Shown here: in pieces, positions 32,182 through 32,861 of the stretch
How positions within the stretch are numbered: position 1 is the stretch's first letter
Layout of the letters: every line of letters begins with the position of its first letter
Assembly: GCA_023345925.1 (NCBI GenBank)
Contig: JAJQQN010000387.1
Span: forward strand, 1-32,861
Length of the DNA stretch: 32,861 nt
Direction: 5' to 3'
Origin: Vannella sp.
Lineage: Eukaryota
The notes under the pieces: generated by a model
Told to the model about the DNA's origin: nothing
The model's database searches: none
What the model saw: only the letters and a program-made list of their open reading frames with translations
Translations under genes and position numbers: made by a program

Positions 32182-32861
32182 CTACAGCACTTCCAGGTCG
32201 GGGTCGAAGCCAAGTTCCATCATTAAGTTGACGAAGCCTTTGATGAAGGACTCGCTGAAGATTCGGAGCACTTCTTCGTGGATGTACTCGACGTGTTCGT
32301 GAGTGCGCACGGCCAGCCCCTTCTCCTTGGAAGTGTCGCACATTAACTCGAAGAACTGGCGCCATTCGATGCCGTAGGACTGGTTGATAGCCAGGATGTT
32401 GTAAAGAGTCTTCAGAGTGTCATGGGAGTAGAAGGACTGGTCAGAGTAGGTCTTAGTTGCCTTAACAGCAGACACAGAGTTCATCCCGAACACATTCTTG
32501 ATCCTTTGAGGTGTTAGACCTCCTTCTTAGCAGCCCCCGAGGCTCAAAGTTCTTACCAGTTCACAAACACATCCACACCTTTGTCTTTAGCCACCACAGA
32601 CCACATACAAAGCGTAAAATAGGCTTGCATGTGCGCCTTGAAGTCGTGGCGGACTTGGACCTCTTCCCTCTTGCGACAGATCTCCATGAACTGCATAAAG
32701 TCCTTTCCCCATCCATTAGAACAACATCCAAGAGGAACACAGGGGCTGGGGACTCACATAGATAGTGAACTTGCCGTTCTTCTCCTTGTCGAGCATGAAA
32801 AGGGTGCCGAGATGGTTAAAGTCGATGGGATAGCTCTCCCACTTTGTATTCTCGATCTGCA
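32182..32861 (-). CDS. Uncharacterised EF-hand-like protein (5'-partial)
   Basis: Spliced frame: ...IDFNHLGTLFMLDKEKNGKFTIY|DFMQFM...QAYFTLCMW...VNW|IKNVFG...FIKGFVNLMMELGFDPDLEVL*. The EF-hand-like loop is DKEKNGKFTIYD. Two introns. Confidence 0.72.

Noticed and set aside
1..32861. Fragmented ORFs as pseudogenes, frameshifting or an alternative genetic code; or the window as a functional cluster or operon
   Set aside because: Nearly all breaks resolve with canonical GT-AG introns under the standard code. The genes have unrelated functions and no pathway cluster is supported.

Overview
This is eukaryotic nuclear DNA from a very compact, intron-rich genome. It is probably a free-living phagotrophic protist; an amoebozoan-like identity is an inference from gene content. 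I resolved 17 protein-coding genes by splicing GT-AG introns by hand (mostly 38-75 nt). Intergenic gaps are only 19-234 bp and strands mostly alternate. Gene order: partial secreted LRR protein with a long Ser-rich repeat stalk (-), PSMA3 (+), EMC10 (+), TEN1 (-), VOC/glyoxalase-like protein (+), ALG6 (-), C2-like/ankyrin protein (+), SH3 protein (-), CH-IQ-DH-PH-PX RhoGEF (+), OSGEPL1 (-), coiled-coil protein (+), ORC5 (+), RING-Bbox-CC-2xTLDc protein (-), LYR-like protein (+), NF1 (+), AP5M1 (-), partial EF-hand protein (-). I saw no RNA genes, CRISPR arrays or mobile elements. The most unusual signals are 3-nt and 9-nt microexons in the ankyrin loops, one-LRR-per-69-nt symmetric exons on a serine-rich stalk, a TRIM-TLDc fusion, and purine-rich 3' splice sites. 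All family calls come from recognising motifs by eye, not from database searches.
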